From: Felis catus
Lineage: Eukaryota
Direction of reading: 5' to 3'
Assembly: GCF_018350175.1 (NCBI RefSeq)
Contig: NC_058368.1
Span: 201,502,001-201,566,000, forward strand
DNA length: 64,000 bases
The position numbers were made by a program, and so were the translations under genes. Of the stretch, positions 62,236 to 64,000 are shown one piece after another (the first letter of the stretch is position 1; every line of letters starts with the position of its first letter). Below the pieces are notes generated by a model. It made no database searches, was not told where the DNA came from, and saw only the letters and a program-made list of their open reading frames with translations.

Positions 62236-64000
62236 TCTTACCCTTTCTTGCATAAATCCTGTTCTTCAGGCTGTATTTTCTTTCTCAGTTAATGGCAGCA
62301 GCATCAGCTCAATCTCCATACTAAAATTGTCGCAGTCACCTTCTAACCTCTTTCTACATTCAGCTGTGCTTTATATCCAGTTTCCACCAACTACATAAAC
62401 GTTTAATCTTCCATTTCCTTTCCCTCTGCTGCTGCCCAAGTCCAGAGCTTCATTATCTCTAACCTGAATTATTGCAACGGCTCCCTTCTGAATTGCCTGC
62501 CTTCCATCTTTACCCTCCGTTCATCCTCAGCTCAATGTTCCTTTTCTACGCACAGACATCATTTTAAACCCTTTTCTGTTTGATCATCACCTTCAGAACA
62601 AATTGAAATGTTGGGCACAATGTAGCTAATTTTCCTTCTTTACCTCCGACTAGGCACCTCTGCTGCCTTCGCCGACTGCTCCCAAAACACACCGGGTGCT
62701 TGAGTTCATCTGTGTGTCTGCAAAGCTGTTCTGTGTGCCTCCATAGCTTATCTACCCTGTCTTATTTATCAAATTTCTACCTATCTTTCAAGCACCAGTT
62801 TAAATGGCATGTTAGTAAGCCATCTCTTTTGTAGCTCCATTCCCTGAGAAAGGTAATAGATAGAGGATGGATGATAGACAGATAGGTAGATGGATCTTAA
62901 TTAATTTGTGTGGTATTTATTTGTTTATATTTCTATACTTGACTAGATCGTGAATTTTTTCTTTTGGGCTATACTTTTTCTATTATTTCTAGCCCCCGCA
63001 GAGCTCCTGACACATATTAAGTGCCCTATGAAGTTGCATTGAATAATTCAGTCTGCTTCCCAAATGCCCCATACTTACCTGTCTCTTTTTAAGCTTACAG
63101 AATCTAATACAAAAATCCCTTTCCCATTAACCCTACTTTGCTAGTCTCACTGCTTTCTCCAGTTCAGGACTTCATCACCACTGGCATAGATTATTACAAG
63201 AACCTCCCATTTGATCACCAGCTTTAGTTTCTCTTCCTCTCAAAGCCACCCATGATATATTGCTGCCAGAGGTATTTTCATTAACAACAGATTCTATGGT
63301 GTTATTCCATTGCTCAGAACCTTTCAAAGTGTCCCCTTGACTACAGAGCAAAATGTAAACTCTTTAGCATTGCTCCTTCTAACTCTCCAGCATTACATCA
63401 GATATCTCCTCCCCACCCACCACACACATGCTATACTCCAGCATTCCTTCAACCTAGAATGACCATACTCCAATATATTGATATCTTGTCCATCTGTCAA
63501 AACCCAACTTGAAAGGCCTTTCTTCCATAAAACCTTTCACAGACCCCTTAGTCAGAAATAATCTCTTCTCGTCTTGTTTTTGCAAAGCTTAGGTAAAGGC
63601 ATTTGTTTGAGCATGTCACATTCTCCCTACTATCTCAGTGTATGGTCTTCACATGATAGAGTTTTAGACAGTATTCTGTCTCCTTCAATAGACTGTAAGT
63701 CTCAAGTCTCTAGGCAGAAGTTTTGTCTATCATCGTTGAATTTTCCACAATGCATTATACAGAGTAGATGTCAGAAAAGGTTACTGATTGAATTAAGAAG
63801 GCATACCAGAAGGAATGAAGTTAGAATGTGCAGAGCCAGAGAGAAGAAGGCATCTAAACAGTGGCCCAGAGACGGGGTCATGTAAATGTGTCTGGGTCTG
63901 AGGACTACAGTCAAAAATTAGTGAGAAGTAGAAAACAAATCTGTAAAGTTGTTTGTGTAGACCTCGAATGCCAAGCTGAGATGTTAAAACATCATCTGTT

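Larger units (their letters stand above)
61270..63800 (+). mobile_element. Fragmented L2 elements (interrupted by an L1 end and a MIR)
   Basis: L2 motifs 'ttcattatctctaacctgaattattgcaacggctcc', 'cctgacacatattaagtgccc', 'ccattgctcagaacctttcaa', 'tagactgtaagtctc..tttactgattgaatt'. Confidence 0.7.

Noticed and set aside
1..64000. tRNA genes, CRISPR arrays or prokaryote-type systems
   Set aside because: tRNA-like A/B boxes occur only as SINE heads, and there are no repeat-spacer arrays or operon-like ORF density; the DNA is mammalian.

Overview
AT-rich mammalian nuclear DNA, almost certainly a felid (cat). It carries about 24 carnivore tRNA-derived CAN-SINEs, four of them near-identical young SINEC_Fc-type copies. 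I found no recognisable protein-coding gene, RNA gene or CpG island, so the window reads as intergenic DNA or part of a very large intron. Nearly all listed ORFs are chance frames or translations of repeats. The only real protein homology is retroelement-derived: a decayed ERV-L gag-pro-RT segment (minus strand, ~46572-48250) and an old L1 of L1MC type (plus strand, ~48640-53478). That L1 has been invaded by a Tigger2a-type DNA transposon and by a polyadenylated LTR fragment that looks like a retroposed ERV transcript end. Other repeats are ERVL/MaLR solo LTRs, L1ME/L1MB fragments, L2, MIR and microsatellites. Three repeat-poor blocks (~13.5-17, ~28-32.5 and ~37-42 kb) are candidate regulatory or non-coding exon regions. 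I cannot support a novel biological system here. Repeat subfamily names come from recalled consensus sequences, not from a database search, and coordinates of old repeats are approximate.
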